In this document: positions 36,820-51,242 of the stretch, piece by piece | How positions within the stretch are numbered: position 1 is the first letter of the stretch | Layout: the number at the start of each line of letters is the position of its first letter | Source of the DNA: the human T2T-CHM13v2.0 reference genome, Homo sapiens | NCBI RefSeq assembly: GCF_009914755.1 | Contig: NC_060926.1 | Length of the DNA stretch: 64,000 nucleotides | Direction: 5' to 3' (one strand) | Program-made: the position numbers and the translations under genes | Notes under the pieces: model-generated | Seen by the model: the letters and a program-made list of their open reading frames with translations, nothing else | Told to the model about the DNA's origin: nothing | Databases searched by the model: none

Positions 36820-37216
36820 TATTTTATTTTTTTATTTCCATAAAAAATAAAAGGAACAGGTGATGTTTGATTATTGAGGAACAAGTGGTGTTTGGTTATA
36901 TGAGTAAGTTCTTTAGTGGTGAATTGAGATTTTGGTGCACCCATCACCCGAGAAGTATACACTGCACCCTGTTTGTCATTTTTTATCCCTCATCCCCTTC
37001 TGACCCTTTCCCCCGAGTCCCCAAAGTTCATTGTGTCATTATTATGCCTTTGCATCCTCATAGCTTAGCTCCCACTTATGAGTGAGAACATATAATGTTT
37101 GGTTTTCCACCCCTGAGTTACTTCACTTAGAATAATAGTCTCTAATCTCATCCAGGTTGCTGTGAATGTCATTAATTCATTCCTTCTTATGGCTGAGTAG
37201 TATTCCTTTATGTGTG

Positions 37217-37248
<32 letters not shown>

Positions 37249-40200
37249 TATGATATATATATGTGATATATATGTGTGTGTGATATATATATGTGATATA
37301 TATATATATGTGAGATATATATATATATCTCACATTTTATCCACTCATTGATTGATGGGCATTTGTCTTGGTTCCACGTTTTTGCAGTTGTGAATTGTGC
37401 TGCTATAAACGTGTGTGTTCATGTATCTTTTTCATAATGACTTCTTCTCTTCCTCTGGGTAGATACCTAGTAGTGGGATTGCTGGATCAAATGGTAGTTC
37501 TACCTTTAGTTCTTTGAGGAATCTCCATACTGTCTTTCGTAGTGGTTGTACTAGTTTACATTCCCTCCAGCAGTGTAAAACTGTTCCCTGTTCACTGCAT
37601 CCATGCCAACTCTACTTTTTAAAAAATTTTTTTGATTATGGCCATTCTTGCAGGAGTAACGTGGTATTTCACTGTGGTTTTGATTTGCATTTCACTGATC
37701 ATTAGTGATGTTGGACATTTTTTCATATGTTTGTCGGACATTTGTGTATCTTTTTTTGAGAATTGTCTATTTATGTCCCTAGCCCAATTTTGAGAGGATT
37801 TTTTTCTTGTTGGTTTGTTTGAGCTTGTTGTAGATTCTGGATATTAGCCCTCTGTCAGATGTATAGACTGTGAAGATATTTTTCCCACTCTATGGGTTGT
37901 CTGTTTACTCTGCTACTACTTTTGCTGTGCAAAAGCTCTTTAGTTATAATTAAGTCCTACCTATTTATATTTGTTTTTATTGCATTTGCTCTTGGGTTCT
38001 TGGTCATAAAATCTTTGCCTAAACCAGTGTCTAGAAGGGTTATTCCAATGTTAATTGATAGAATTTTTATATTTTCAGGTCTTAGATTTAAGTCCTTAAT
38101 CCATCTTGAGTTGATTTTTGTATAAGGTGAAAGATAAGGATCCAGTTTCATTCTTCTACATGTGGCTAGCCAATTATCCCAGCACCATTTGTTGAATAGG
38201 GTATCCTTTCCCTACTTTATGTTTTTGTTTGCTTCATCTAAGATCAGTTGGCTGTAAGTGTTTGGGTTTATTTCTGGGTTCTCCATTCTGTTCCATTGGT
38301 ATTTGTGCCTATTTTCATACCAGTGCCATGCTGTTTTGGTGTTTTGGAGACTATGGCCCTATAGTATAGTTTGAAATTCAGCAATGTGATGCCTCCAGAT
38401 TTGTTCTTTTTGCTTAGTCTTGCTTTGGCTATGCAGGCTCTTTTTGGTTCCATATGAATTTTAGAATTGTTTTTGTCTAATTCTGTGAGGGATGATTGTG
38501 GTATTTTGATGATAATTGCATTGAAGTTGTAGATTGCTTTTGTCAGGATGGTCATTTTCACAATATTGATTCTACCCATCCATGAGCATGGGATGTATTT
38601 CCATTTGTTTGTGTTGTCTATGATTTCTTTCAGCAGTGTCTCTTAGTTTTCCTTGTAAAGGTCTTTCACCTCCTTGTTTAGTTATATTCCTAAGTATTTT
38701 ATTTTATTTTTTTTGCAACTATTGTAAAAGGGGTTGAGTTCTTGATTTGATTCTCACCTTGGTCACTGTTGGTGTGTAGAAGAGCTACTGATTTGTGTAC
38801 ATTAATTTTGTATCCAGAAACTTTGCTGGATTCTTTTATCAGTTCTAGGAGCTTTTTGGAGGAGTATTTAGGGTTTTCTAGGTAGACGATCATATTATCA
38901 GCAAACAGAAACAGTCTGGCTTCCTCTTTACTAATTTGGATGCCCTTTATTTCTTTCTCTTGTTTGATTTCTCTGGCTAGGACATCCAGTACTATGTTAA
39001 AGAGGAGTGGTGAGAGAGGACAACCTTGTCTCGTTAAAGTTCTCAGAGCGAATAGTTTCAACTTTTCCCCATTCAGTATTATGTTTATGGGTTTGTCATA
39101 GATGGAGGTATGTCCCTTTTATGCCAATTTTGCTGCAAGTTTTAATCATAAATGGACGGCGGATTTTGTTGAATGCTTTTTCTGCGTCTATTGAGATGAT
39201 CACGTGATTTTTGTTTTTAATTCTGTTTATGTGGTGTATCACATTTATTGACTTGCATATGTTATCCATCCCTGAATCTCTGGTATGAAACCCACTTCAG
39301 CATGGTGGATTATCTTTTTGACATGTTGTTGGATTCTGTTAGCTAGTATTTTGTTAAGGATTTTAGCATCTATGTTCATCAGGGATATCGGTATGTAATT
39401 TTCTGTTTTGGTTATGTCCTTTCCTGATTTTGGTATTAGGGTGATACTAGCTTCAAAGAATGATTTAGGGAGGGTTATCTCTTTCTCTATGTTGTGGAAT
39501 AGTGTCAATAGGATTGGTACCAAGCCTTCTTTGAATGTCTGGTAGAATTCTGCTGTGAATCCATCTAGTCCTAGCCTTTTTTTGTTGGTAATTTTTTAAT
39601 TACCATTTCAATCTCGTTGCTTGTTATTGGCCCATTCAAGGTAGCTAATTCTTCCTGATTTAAGCTAGGAAGCTTGTATCTTTCCAGGAATTTATCCGTC
39701 TCTTCTAGGTTTTCTGGTTTATGTGCATAAAGGTGATCATAGTAGCCTCGAATGATCTTTTGTATTTCTGTGGTGTCAGTTGTGATATCTCCTGTTTCAT
39801 TTCTTATTGCAGTCATTTGGATTTTCTCCCTTCTTTTCTTGGTTAATCTTGCTAATGGTCTATCACTTTTATTTATCTTCTCAAAGAACCAGTTTTTGTT
39901 TCATTTATCTTTTGTATTGGTTTGTTTGTTTCAGTTTCATTTAGTTCTGCTCTAATCTTGGTTATTTCCTTTCTCCTGCTGGGTTTGGGTTTGGTTTGTT
40001 CTTGTTTCTCTAGTTTCTTGCGTTGTGACCTTAGATTATCTGTTTGTGCTCTTTCAGACTTTTTGATGTAGCCATTTAGGGCTATGAACTTTGCTTTTAG
40101 CATTGCTTTTGCTGTATCCCAGAGGTTTTGATAGGTTGTGTCACTATTGTTGTTCAGTTTGAATAATTTTTTAATTTCCATCTTGATTTGATTTTTGACC

Positions 40201-42379
40201 CAGTGATCATTTAGGAGCAGGTTATTTAATTTCAATGTTTTGGCATGGTTTTGAAGGTTCCTTTTAGAGTTGATTTCCAGTTTTGTTACACTGTGGTCTG
40301 ACAGAGTACTTGAAAAATTTCAATTTTCTTGAATTTATTGAGGCTCATTTTGTGGCCTATCATATGATCTCTCTTGGAGAAAGTTCCATGCGCCACTGAA
40401 TAGAATGTATATTCTGCAGTTGCTAGATGGAATGTTCTGTATATGTCTGTTAAGTCCATTTGTTCGAGGGTATAGTTTTAATCCATTGTTTCTTTCTTGA
40501 CTTTCTGTCTTGATGACCAGTCTAGTGCTGTTAATGGAGTACTGAAGTCCCCCACTATTATTGTGTTGTTGTTTATCTCATTTCTTAGGTCTATTAGTAA
40601 TTGTTTTATAAATTTGGAACCTCCGGCGTTAGGAGCATACATGTTGAGGATTGTGATATTTTCCTGTTGGCCTTTATCATTATATAATGTCCCTCTATCT
40701 TTTTAATGCTGTTGCTTTAAAGTTTGTTTTGTCTGATATAACAATAGCTACTCCTGCTCACTTTTGGTGTCCATTTGCATGAAATGTATTTTTCCACCCT
40801 TTTACCTTAAGTTTATGTGAGTCCTTATGTGCTAGGTAAGTCTCTTAAAGGCAGCAGATAGTTGATTGGTGAATTCTTATCCATTCCACAACTTGGTATA
40901 TTTTAAGTGTACATTTAGGCCATTTACATTCAATGTTAGTATTGAGATGTGAGGTACTATTCTGTTTATACTGCTATTTGTTGCTTCTATACCTTGGTTT
41001 CTTGTTTTTTGTTTTTGTCTTTTAAATTATATTTTTGTTTTATAGGTCCTGTGTGATTTATGCTCTATAGAGGTTCTCTTTTGACGTGTTTCCAGACTTT
41101 GTTTCAAGATTTAGAGCTCCTTTTAGCAGTTCTTGTAGTGGTGGCATGGTAGTGGTGAATTCTCTCAGCATTTGTTTGTCTGCAAAAGACTATTTTTCCT
41201 TCATATATGAAGCTTAGTTTTGCTGGATACAGAATTCTTGGCTGATCATTGTTTTGTTTGAGGAGACAAAAGATAGCATCCCAATCCTTTCTAGCTCGAA
41301 GGATTTCTAATGAGAAATCTGCTGTTAATCTGTTAGGTTTTCTTGATAGGTTACCCGCTGCTTTTGTCTCACAGCTCTTAAGATTGTTTCCTTTGTCTCA
41401 AATTTAGATAACCTGATGACGATGTCCCTAGATGATGATCTTTCTGTGATGAATTTCCTAGGTATTCTTTGTGCTTCTTGTATTTGGATGTCTAAGTCTC
41501 TGGCAAGGCTGGGGAAGTTTTCCTCGATTATTCCCCCAAATATATTTTCCAAACTTTTAGATTCCTCTTCTTCCCCGGGAACACCGATTATTCTTAGGTT
41601 TGGTCATTTAACATAATTCCAGATTTCTTGGAGGCTTTCTTCATGTTTTCTTATTTTCTTTTCTTTGTCTTTGTTGGATAGAGTTAATTTGAAGACCTTG
41701 TCTTCGAACTCTGAATTTCTTTCTTCTACTTGTTTGATTCTATTCCTGGGACTTTCCAGAGGATTTTGCATTTCTATGAGTGTGTCTATTGTTTCCTGAA
41801 GTTTTGATTGTTTTTTTTTTTTATGCTATTTCATTGAATATTTCTCCCTTCACTTCTTGTATCCTTTTTTTGATTTCCTTACTTTGAGCTTCACCTTTCT
41901 CTGCTGCCTACCTGATCAGCGTAATAACTAACCTCCTGAATTCTTTTTCAGGTAAATCGGGGATTTCTTCCTGGTTTGGATCCATTGCTGGTGAGCTAGT
42001 GTGATTTTGGGGGATGTTAAAGAACCTTGTTTTGTCATATTACCAGAGTTGGTTTTCTGGTTCCTTCCCATTTGGGTAGCCTCTGTCAAAGGGAAGATCT
42101 AGGGCTGAAGGCTGTTCTTCAGATTCTTTTGTCCCACAGGGTGTTCCCTTGATATAGAACTCTCCCCCTTTTCCCAGGGATGTGGCTTCCTGAGACCAGA
42201 GCTGTCGTGATTGTTATCTCTCTTCTGTATCTAGCCACCCAGCAAGTCTACCAGGCTCTGGGCTGGTACTGGGGGTTGTCTGCACAGAGTCCTGTTATTT
42301 GAACCATCTGTGGGTTTCTCAGCCGTGGATACAAGCACCTGTTCTGGTGGAGGTGGCAGGGGGGTAAAATGGACTCTGT
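36820..42379 (-). mobile_element. L1PB (L1PB1-like), ~5.5 kb, truncated in the 5' UTR, ORF1 and ORF2 inactivated
   Basis: L1PB-type 3' end (GAGTAAGTTCTTTAGTGGTGA). ORF2 pieces at 37957-38151 ([21 protein letters not shown]), 38268-38579, 38699-39061 ([23 protein letters not shown]), 39245-39523, 39571-39816 and 39873-40235. ORF1 piece at 41325-41552 (IIEENFPSLARDLDIQIQEAQR). Confidence 0.95.
37210..37328. repeat. (TA)n / TATATATATGTGA-type microsatellite inside L1PB
   Basis: Directly visible. Confidence 0.9.
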
Positions 42380-45216
42380 CATTCAGTTTAAAATATGTTC
42401 TAATTTCCCTCTTCTTTGATCCCTAGATTATTTAGAAGTGTGTTATATAGTTCTAAAATGCCTGAGGATCTTCCAGAGAAACTTCTATTATTAATTTTAA
42501 TTTAATGTGATTGTGGTGTGAGAACATACTTTGTGTAACTTGGATTCTCCTAAATTTATTGAGCCATTTTTTTGTGTCCTAGAATATGGTCTATTTCAGT
42601 AAATATTCATGTGCTCTTGAAAAGAATGCACATTCTGTTGTTGATATAAGTGTTCTGATGTAAGTTGGTTGATATTGTTAAGTCTTGTATATGCTTGATG
42701 ATTTTGTATTTACTTGTTCTACCAATTATGAACATAGGGTTATTGAGCTCTTGAGCTATAATTTAGTTTTGTTTCTTTCTCCTTGCACTTACATCAGTTT
42801 TTGCTTCATGAATTTTGAAGATCTGTTATTAGGTACATAAACATTTATGAATGTTATGTCCTTTGGATGAATTGACACCTTTATCAGTATAAAATGACCT
42901 TCTTTATCCTAAGAAATATTCTTTGCCCTGAATTCTACTTTGTCTGATATTAACATAGCCACTCTAGTTTCTTTTTAAAACTAATGTCAGTAAAGTATAT
43001 ATTTCCTATCCTTTTACTTTTTGGCCTATTTGTGACTCTGTGTTTAAAATACTTTATTTGCATACAGCATGTAAGTTATACAGTTGAATTTAATGTTTCC
43101 AATTAAAATGACAATTTTTGCCTTTAATACGGAAGTTTAGACCACCTACCTGTAATACAATAGCCAGGATGTAGTGAGGTTTGAGTCACTCATCTTGCCA
43201 CTTGTTTTCAACTTTTCCCATTTTTTAATTCCATTTTTCTATTCCATTTTCTCCATTTTCTGCTTTCTTTTGTATTAACAGATGTGTAATAATTCAATTT
43301 AATATATTTTGCTGCTTCTCAGCTACAACCCTGTTTTGTTTCAGTAGTTGATTTAGAATTTATGTTACATACCATTAATTTATGACAATTTATAACTTTA
43401 TAATTTAATTGATGTTATGCCACTTTATATAAAAGAATATTAAAATGCTATACTTCTATTTTTGTCCCTTCTGAATTTTTTGCAGTGTTGTCACCTTTAA
43501 CAAATCCCCATGACTTTGCTATTATTTTTGTTTAAACAATGATCTTTCAAAGAAATTTAAAAACACAGATATAAATATTCTAAAGAGCTATAGATGACAC
43601 ACATATATATGTATGCACATACACACATATATACATAGTTGCCTATATCTTTACCATATTCAGTGTTTCTGTCTGTTGGTGAAGATCCCTATTTTCATCT
43701 GGTGTTATTTTCCTTTGCCTTAGGAGCTACCTTTAATATTTCTTGTTATGCACATCTTCTGATGATACGTTTTTTTACCATTTCTATTTATGAAAAAGTA
43801 TTTCCTGTTTACTTTTGAAAAATATTTTCACTGGATGCATAGGGTGAACATATTTTATTTTACCGCTTTAAAGTTTTTTTCTCTACTTTCTTGTCACTTG
43901 CATTGTTTCTGATGAGAAATATACTGTAATCCCCATCTTTACTGCTCTGTATGTAACATGCTGCCTTCCTCCACTTCCTGGCTATCTTTATAATGTAGTC
44001 CGTATCACTGTTCAGTCATTTTATTATGTTGTGTTTGTACAGCTGTCTTTATTACACTTGTATTATAAACAATTCATTGAACTTCTTCGGCCTGTGGATT
44101 TACAATTTCCTTCAACTTTATAAAATATCAGCCAGTATTTCTACAATAGTGTTTCTGCCCTGGCTCTTTTAAGAGATTACAATTATTTAGTCATATACAT
44201 ATGTGTGTGTATATATATACAATGTTATTATATTATATATTATGTAATAATATTACATATTATCTATGTTGTAATATAGATTATATAATTATTTTTATAT
44301 AGAATATATTAAAATCATGTACATTTATATAGCCACTTAAAGCTATTACACAGCTTATTAATGTCCTGTACATTTAAAGATTATTTTTCTTCTCTTTATT
44401 TTACTTTGGATAGTTTACATTACTATGTGTTCAAGTTTATTACTCTTTCATTTGTAACACCTAATGTGTCATTAATCTCATCCGTACTTTTAATCTCAAA
44501 TATTGTACTTTCCACTTTAGAAGTTTGATTTTGTATAACTATCCTGTCTCTATGTAACTTTCTGAACCTCTAAAATATAGTTCTAATGACTTTTCTAACA
44601 TCTGTATTCACTTCTTATAACATCCATTTCACTTCTGCTCCAGTTTCAATTGATTTTCTCCTCATTAGGAGTTGTGTTTTTCTCTTCTGCATATTTGGTA
44701 ATGTTTGATTGAGCATCAGATGTTGTGCTTTTACATTATTTGGTACTTGATTTTTTTTATTTCTATAAATATCACTGAGTTTTTTTTCTTTGGATGTAGT
44801 TACTTCAAAACAATTTAGTTCTTGCAATAGTTTGCTGAGAATGATGGTTTCCAGCTTCATCCATGTCCCTACAAAGGACAGGAACTCATCATTTTTTATG
44901 GCTGCATAGTATTCCATGGTGTATATGTGCCACATTTTCTTAATCCAGCCTATCATTGTTGGACATTTGGGTTGGTTCCAAGTCTTTGCTATTGTGAGTA
45001 GTGCTGCAATAAACATACGTGTGTATGTGTGACACAGGAAGGGGAACATCATACACTGGGGCCTGTCATGGGGTGGGGGGAGGCGGGAGGGATAGCGTTA
45101 GGAGATATACCTAATGTAAATGAATGAGTTAATAGGTGCAGCACACCAACATGGCACATGTATACATATGTAACAAACCTGCACGTTGCGCACATGTACC
45201 CTAGAACTTAAAGTAT

Positions 45217-45256
<40 letters not shown>

Positions 45257-45480
45257 TAGTTCTTTTGGGTCTTGCTTTTAAGATTTGCTAATTAGTCTAG
45301 GTCTATTTTCTCTACACTACCTAGGCAAGATCTTCCTGAGTATTCTACCCAATCCCATGCATTTTTCTGGTATGGCTGATGAAAACAGGCACTATTCTCA
45401 TCCCTGTGTGAATGCCAGGCACCTGTTTGTTCTTATTCTCTCATATGATCTTTGCCAGAGCATTGGACAAAGACATTCTG
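42380..45480 (-). mobile_element. Old L1M continuation (ORF2 5' part, inter-ORF, ORF1 region)
   Basis: Antisense endonuclease-region motifs (AAATTTATTGAG...CTTGAAAAGAATGCACATTCTG), interrupted by an L1PA at 44824. Confidence 0.7.
44824..45252 (+). mobile_element. L1PA4/5-like 3' fragment with 5' inversion and (TA)n tail
   Basis: Antisense 44824-45030, sense 45031-45220 ending ACCCTAGAACTTAAAGTATAATA. TSD AATTTAGTTCTT / AAATTAGTTCTT. Confidence 0.92.
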
Positions 45481-45713
45481 CTCAGATACCAGAACCAAGA
45501 TCTAATCTTCTAAAAACCCCCATACCTATTATAGAGGACTTTTTTCAAAGCACATAGAGATTTTAGTAACTACTATGTGTTATTCATTCTTCACTTGAAA
45601 TGAACAAGTTGAACATAGTGGAGCCACAAGATGAAAAAAAACTGGTTTACTGAGTCATGATTTTACGGATGTTACTAACAGAAGTGCTTGTATTTAACCA
45701 AGTAAGTGAGAAG

Positions 45714-45740
45714 TGTGTGTGTGTGTGTGTGTGTGTGTGT
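45714..45740. repeat. (TG)n microsatellite
   Basis: Directly visible. Confidence 0.95.
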
Positions 45741-45954
45741 CTATGTATAGCCAAAATTTGAAACTATTTCTATTTAAGGAACTAATATTCCTGAAATTAA
45801 TACATACTTACTATTATCACTATTTTATAACCTAATAAATTAAAGTTTTGCAACCAAGAAAATAAATCACATATATAGCCAATAAAGAAATGAAGATTCA
45901 AATCCAGGCAGTCTGACTCCGGGGCCCATTTTTGTTGTTGTTGTTGTTGTTTGC

Positions 45955-47030
45955 TGTTTTTTAATTCACTTTTATTTTAGAAGCTGTAATTTTACAGAAA
46001 AGTTGTAATATAGTACAGAGAATTAATTTATGACATGCCTAGTTTCCCTTCTTATTAACATCTTATATTAGTATGGAACTTTTATCACAATTAATGAACC
46101 TACATCAATGGATTACAAGTAATATCTGTATTTTATTCAGAATCCCTTAGTTTTTCTGTATTTTTTATGTATCAAAATCGCTGGATACCATAAGAAATCA
46201 TATTATATTTACCTGCTGTATCTCTTTTGGTATTTCTTGAATGAGACGGTCTCTTAGAATCTCAGATTTTCCTTGACTTTGAGGACTTTCACGGTTTTTA
46301 GGAGTACTGGCCACATATTTTATGCAATGTCTTTCAATTTGGTTTTATCTGGTATTTTTCTCATGATTAGATTGGGGTGATGTGTGTTTTTGGAGGAAGA
46401 GCATAGATGTAAAGTGTTGTTCTCATCATATCATGAGTGCCTACTGTAGACATGACATTGTTGTTTACATTAATCTCTTTGTATGGCTGAGGTAGTATTT
46501 GTCATTTTCCCCCATGGTACAGTTACTCTCCCCCGCCCCCCCCCACCCACTTTTCATATCATACTCTTTGTAAGGAAGTCACTGTGTGCCATCTACACAT
46601 AAGGAGTGGGGTGCTATGCTCCACCTCCTTACTGGGAGAATAGCTACATTGATTACATGGAATTCTTCTGCATGAGGGACTTGCCAATTAATCACATTTA
46701 CTTATTTATTCAACAATTTATTTTTATCAGCAACAGACTCAGGGAAAATTCTTTTATACGTTGGGTTATAATTTAATACTACTCTATTTTGTGGTCTACA
46801 GTTTTCAAGTTTTGGCCATTTTGAAGCTGTTTCCATTAATGCCTGTTTTCCTTCAACATACCTTCATTATTATTTTTTTTGAGCACTTTTTTTACTTTCT
46901 GGCATTATAAGATGCTTCAAGCTCATTTTGAATATTTTCTATTTCAGTCATAAAACCAATGATTTATCCAAAAAAAAAAGACCTAGTTTCCTTTATTAGA
47001 GAATTGTACTAGAGACCAAGATCTAAGTTT
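45955..47030 (-). mobile_element. L1MC/MD-type 3' UTR fragment
   Basis: TTACAGAAAAGTTGTAATATAGTACAGAGA...GGAGTACTGG...TTTCTCATGATTAGATTGGGG...AGAGACCAAGATCT. Confidence 0.75.
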
Positions 47031-47199
47031 TATACTTTTCACAGCTACTCTTTGTTGCCTAAATCCTTCTAAATGGTAAAGGCATAATAATGAAGTTAAC
47101 CATGGAGAACACTGGAGAATAGCAAAGGGGGCCCTTGGCATAGGGAAGGACTTAAATACTATATGAAACAGAAATAATAAGAATGGATAATAGATAAAT

Positions 47200-49150
47200 T
47201 GTAATATTTAATTGGCCATCCAGTATATAACTTGATGCATAACTTCACTAGAAAACAGAGGACTACAAATTAACAAGGAGAAAACTGTCTTTTCCAGCTA
47301 AGAAGTATAAAGGTAGTTTCTGGCTGAATAATGCTGTCACCAAGATCAACTAGGACAGATAGATATGATAGAAAAGACAATCTGATTTAAGATATTAAAA
47401 AATTTCTAGGCAGGAATTGAGGAAGGTAGGATCTAACTGAAGAGAACACTTCAGAAAGGTAAACAACATTCAGTAACCGCATATTTTAAACTTGGGGCCT
47501 TTGCGAATTCCGGATACTAGGCAAGAAGCTAAGAATCTGCAAAGGGCCCAGAGAGAGCATCTGTTACTAAAGGCAGAGAAACCAGTATATAACTGGAACT
47601 TTAAAGAAATCAGTGAGAAAAGCCAAAGTTAACAAACAAACTAATAAAAATTAAAAACCGATATACTTGAGGAGCTAAAATTTTGTTGAGAAAGTAGGAG
47701 AATATCACTGTGACTTACAAATATATATTTGCCAAATTCTTAAGTTGCGCGTTACAAGGCGTTAAGAAAAAACTTCTGAGAAACAAAGCTGAGGATTGGC
47801 AGCCTTTGGTGTTGAGGAAACAAAGGACCCATAGAGGAAATGGCTGGTCAACACCACAGGATATGCCCTGAGAGAGACAATATATCACAAGTAGAAGAGA
47901 CTTACCTAAAATTCAAGTTAGCCTCAACTAAACTTATTTCCTAAGAATTTATATGAATAGGATCTCAGTATATCTGCCTAACAGAAAAAGGGTAAACTTT
48001 CTCTTGGAAAAGGTAGTATCATCCAAATCACCTATAATGCTTTCATTACAATACTGATTATTCAATTATAATTACTGGGCATACTGCAAGACAGAACTAA
48101 ATTACCAAAACCCAGTATGATAAAGAAAATACTAGAAATAGACTCACAGTTTACCCAGACATTGGGGTTAATAGATAATGAAATTTAAAGTAACTAAGAT
48201 TAATATGTTCGATATATGGTAAAATAAAATAGTTGGAAAAAAGAGAGTTTTATCACAGACTAAATCTGTAAAAATAATCTAATGAGTATTATAAAACTGA
48301 AAAAAAACCACAGTAAACAAAATCAAGAACTATTAAATGGGTTTAGCCCCATTAGACACAGCAGGAGAGAGGATTTGTGACTTGGAAATTAAGTCACTAG
48401 AAATAATTGGGGACAAAAAGGGAAAATACATAAGAACTTGTGACAAAAATATAAAATACAGTACATTTAAAAATTTCATGTAATTGGAATCACAAGACTA
48501 GAGTCACAGAAAGAGAATATGAAATGGGAAAAAGCAATCTTTGAGGAAATACTGGATGGACAATTAAAAAAGAAATCAATCTACAATTTCATGAAGTTTC
48601 ATGAAGCTCTGCAAATCCCCAGCAAAATAAATGCAAAGAAAATCACACCAATACACAAAGTAAAGCTCTTACAATCTACAGAAAAAAAAAAAATGAGCAA
48701 TCTCAAAACAGTGACATTTGGAGAGAGGACTGCCTTCAAAAGTATAACAGCAGTAAGGTTTGTATATATCTCAAGAACAATTTTGGAAGACAGAAAACTA
48801 CATAGGTAAATATAAATGAAATTTATCCAAAAACTATATTTTATGTTTTTAAACACATGTGGAATTAAATTTGTAATAATAGTAACATAAAACACCGGAG
48901 TAGATAAACGAAGTTAACTTATTTGAAGTTTTAGCATTGTTGAGAAAGTGGCAAAAGTAATAATGTATATTAGACTGTAATAAATCAAAAATGCATGTTT
49001 GATCTTTAGGGTAACTAAGAAAGTAATAATAAAAACTAACCCAATTTATTAAAGGGGAAAAGTACAATAATAATATTAAAATATGTGATTAAGATGTAAA
49101 AAGGCAAGAAAAATTAAAACATAGAAGAAAATATCAAATTTACTTCCATT
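47200..49150 (+). mobile_element. Old L1M 5' UTR/ORF1 fragment
   Basis: ORF 48519-48809 (KAIFEEIL...EALQIPSKINAKKITPIH) resembles L1 ORF1p, and the sense strand is A-rich. Boundaries are approximate. Confidence 0.65.
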
Positions 49151-50092
49151 ATATTTTTTAAGTTGAACAATTCCAAGTGTTCATAAGGATCAGGAGAAAT
49201 GAAAACATTCATTTACATTTATAAGAAAAACATAGATAATGCTTCAAGACATAGTGTTGACTATTACATTATGAATTCTATAAAATACACATATACACAG
49301 AACACTACATGTTCATCTAGGATAAAACCAAGGACGCATATTAAAAATTAGAAAGGATACTAATGTGGGGGTAGAATTAGAGTAGGGGTAAAATATTTCA
49401 TGGTATGAATTCAAAAGATAATTAACTTTCTGTACCTGAAACTTCAATTTAAAATAAATAAATAAGTAAAAGCTACAATTGAGTATAATAACTACTTTAA
49501 TAGAAGTCTCCTTCTTTGGGCTGCTCCACAAATTCTGGTACAAATATACGTACCTTCCATCTAAATATATACTTACATTCCATCTAAATATATATGTATA
49601 CATGAATGTAAGTATGTATTTATTTATTTATGAATTCAGTTATTCAATTATTTGTTATAAGCCAATGCCTTGTTTGAACGTGTCTAGTGTCTCCCTTTGA
49701 GTGTTTTATTCTTTCCAAATTACTGCCACTCCTTTAGTGAAGAGCAACAATAACTATCTTGATCAATCTATTATGAACATTGCAAGTTGTTGACTACAAA
49801 GCCAACAAAGCTCATAGGAAGTCTATACTGTGTTTCTGGGAGGCTTCTCAGTCTAGGATGCAGTTGTCTTTTAATGAAAGGACGTGAACTCACATATTCT
49901 ATCTTTTACTTTCAAAGGTGCTACAAATATAAATTCCCAAGATTAAAGCTATTTAGCTTATATTTACTATTCCAGGAGTTCTAAGAATGAAAAGCCTTTT
50001 CATTATTTCCATGCCATAGCACCATGCCTTAATACCAAACTGGCCTTTATGTCGAGCTTAGGAAACCAACCTTAACTCTCCCTTGACTCAAG

Positions 50093-50440
50093 GTAATTTT
50101 ATTCTCATTAGTCTCATTTCTTACACCTGGAATTTGTTCAAAGCCAGCCATGTCCCCATGATTCAGGTCATCTCACCCTGAATCTTAGGAAACAGGAGTA
50201 GGTTATCAGGCCTTGTTCTTTCTGGAATTTGTTGGAGGACCTGTATATTTCAATCCACCTCTTCTAAATCCAGAGATTAAAGTGAAATTCCATTTCTCTT
50301 TTTAATCCAGAAAGATATCACCTCTGCATATTGGATATTTCAAACAAGACAAGGTAATTTTGGCTTTCTATGTCCAACAGAATGGCTATCTACGTGCTTT
50401 GTGTTGTTGTCACCAAAAGTGTCTAACACGAAATTTTGAA
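50093..50440 (+). repeat. Local low-copy repeat, copy A (348 bp)
   Basis: Matches 53565-53912 with 10 substitutions by my manual alignment. Confidence 0.95.
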
Positions 50441-50807
50441 AGGAAAGATCTCTTCTAACTGACTCCATTCCTATATTCAGTAGAAGCTGCCATTCTATTT
50501 ACTCTCCTCAATGGAAGAGTAAATATCTTTCTTCAGGGATCACATAAGAAGACCAACTTATCCAGGATTAGAGAGCCAGAGATTTCCTGAAACAAGTGAT
50601 TTCAGAACCTGGCCTCTGAAAGATAAGAATGAGTCAGCTTTGGCTAAGGATGGAGTCAAACAGTACAGGTGGATACACTAATGTTAGAAAGGGCCAGTTA
50701 CATTCAGTAACACATCAGTGGTTCTGCACAACTGAAAGTTAGAATAGTAGAGCATTCAGAGTATTACTAAGACATTGAACTTGAAGGAAAAAAGGGAGAA
50801 GAGCTAG

Positions 50808-51242
<435 letters not shown>

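Noticed and set aside
37957-41552. Reverse transcriptase and ORF1 coding fragments as a functional system
   Set aside because: They are pieces of one dead L1PB with many stops and frameshifts, and the catalytic FADD reads FADN.
44185-44330. AT-rich quasi-palindromic stretch
   Set aside because: It is low-complexity TA expansion within an old L1, and its self-complementarity is a composition effect.
44615-45052. 145 aa ORF containing the L1 ORF2 C-terminus
   Set aside because: It is a chance fusion of the inverted L1PA segment with flanking old L1M sequence, not a gene.
49554-49596. TTCCATCTAAATATATA repeated twice
   Set aside because: This is an ordinary short slippage duplication in AT-rich sequence.
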